Part shown: positions 63,547 to 64,000 of the stretch, in pieces
How the letters are laid out: each line of letters opens with the position of its first letter
Position numbering within the stretch: position 1 is the stretch's first letter
Assembly (NCBI GenBank): GCA_963665115.1
Contig: OY762007.1
Location: forward strand, 1,280,001 to 1,344,000
Source: an uncultured Rivularia sp.
Lineage (GTDB): Bacteria; Cyanobacteriota; Cyanobacteriia; Cyanobacteriales; Nostocaceae
Reading direction: 5' to 3'
DNA: 64,000 nt
Notes under the pieces: generated by a model
Database searches by the model: none
Told to the model about the DNA's origin: nothing
What the model saw: only the letters and a program-made list of their open reading frames with translations
Made by a program: the position numbers and the translations under genes

Positions 63547-64000
63547 CGTTAAAAGTGACGGATTTACAACTGGAACAAATATTTGGGAAATTTTTCAGTA
63601 ATATCACGGGTTTATTTCAGCGAATAAGAATGGCTGCTTCACCCACTGTAACGAGCTTTGAAGGCAAGTATTGCTTGATATAAGCAAGAATAGTTGACAG
63701 TGCCACTCTGCATAACTGCCTGCTTTTGTGGAATGTCGAAATATTTACAGTTGTGTTTTGGTATACCAAATCCTGATTGTTCGATAATGCCAGTTTTAGC
63801 AATGGCTTGTCAGCAACAGATGCAGAAATTTTACTGCAAATAAAATTATCCTTCTAAGTAAAAATCAACGAATCACAAATATATATTATGAGTACAACTT
63901 TTACGCTATTTATATAATGAAGGACAAATTATACTATTCATGAAATTTCTATGAAAAATTGTGAAAAACAAGTATTATTTTGAACTTTTGTTTAATAAAC

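Overview
AT-rich chromosomal window from a filamentous cyanobacterium, probably Nostocales (many HIP1 GCGATCGC sites, STRR heptamer tracts, XisI/Uma2 remnants, sigG-anti-sigma-leuS order); the taxon is inferred. In order: Fur-type regulated TonB receptor plus binding protein; a two-partner secretion pair (TpsB + FHA-CHAT protease) beside a CHASE2 cyclase with guanylyl-type specificity residues; cyanoglobin; sugar-related enzymes (AGE epimerase, CGTase-like GH13, amylosucrase); an island of immunity, toxin-antitoxin and remnant genes; a secreted 7-repeat Cys-loop protein; a duplicated, decaying array of secreted TPR genes; a kinase-FGE protein; an Rpn nuclease whose start is split by a 57-bp insertion; coaBC, purH, two tandem Yfr2 ncRNAs; ldcA plus a DapF homolog with Ser at both catalytic Cys positions; galU-like, leuS and sigG/anti-sigma. 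Intergenic DNA is dense in MITEs and REP/SDR-like repeats, some nested. Four frameshifts fall in short homopolymers and may be assembly errors. No CRISPR array, rRNA, tRNA, intact IS transposase or reverse transcriptase was seen. All calls are by eye from motifs; no searches were run.
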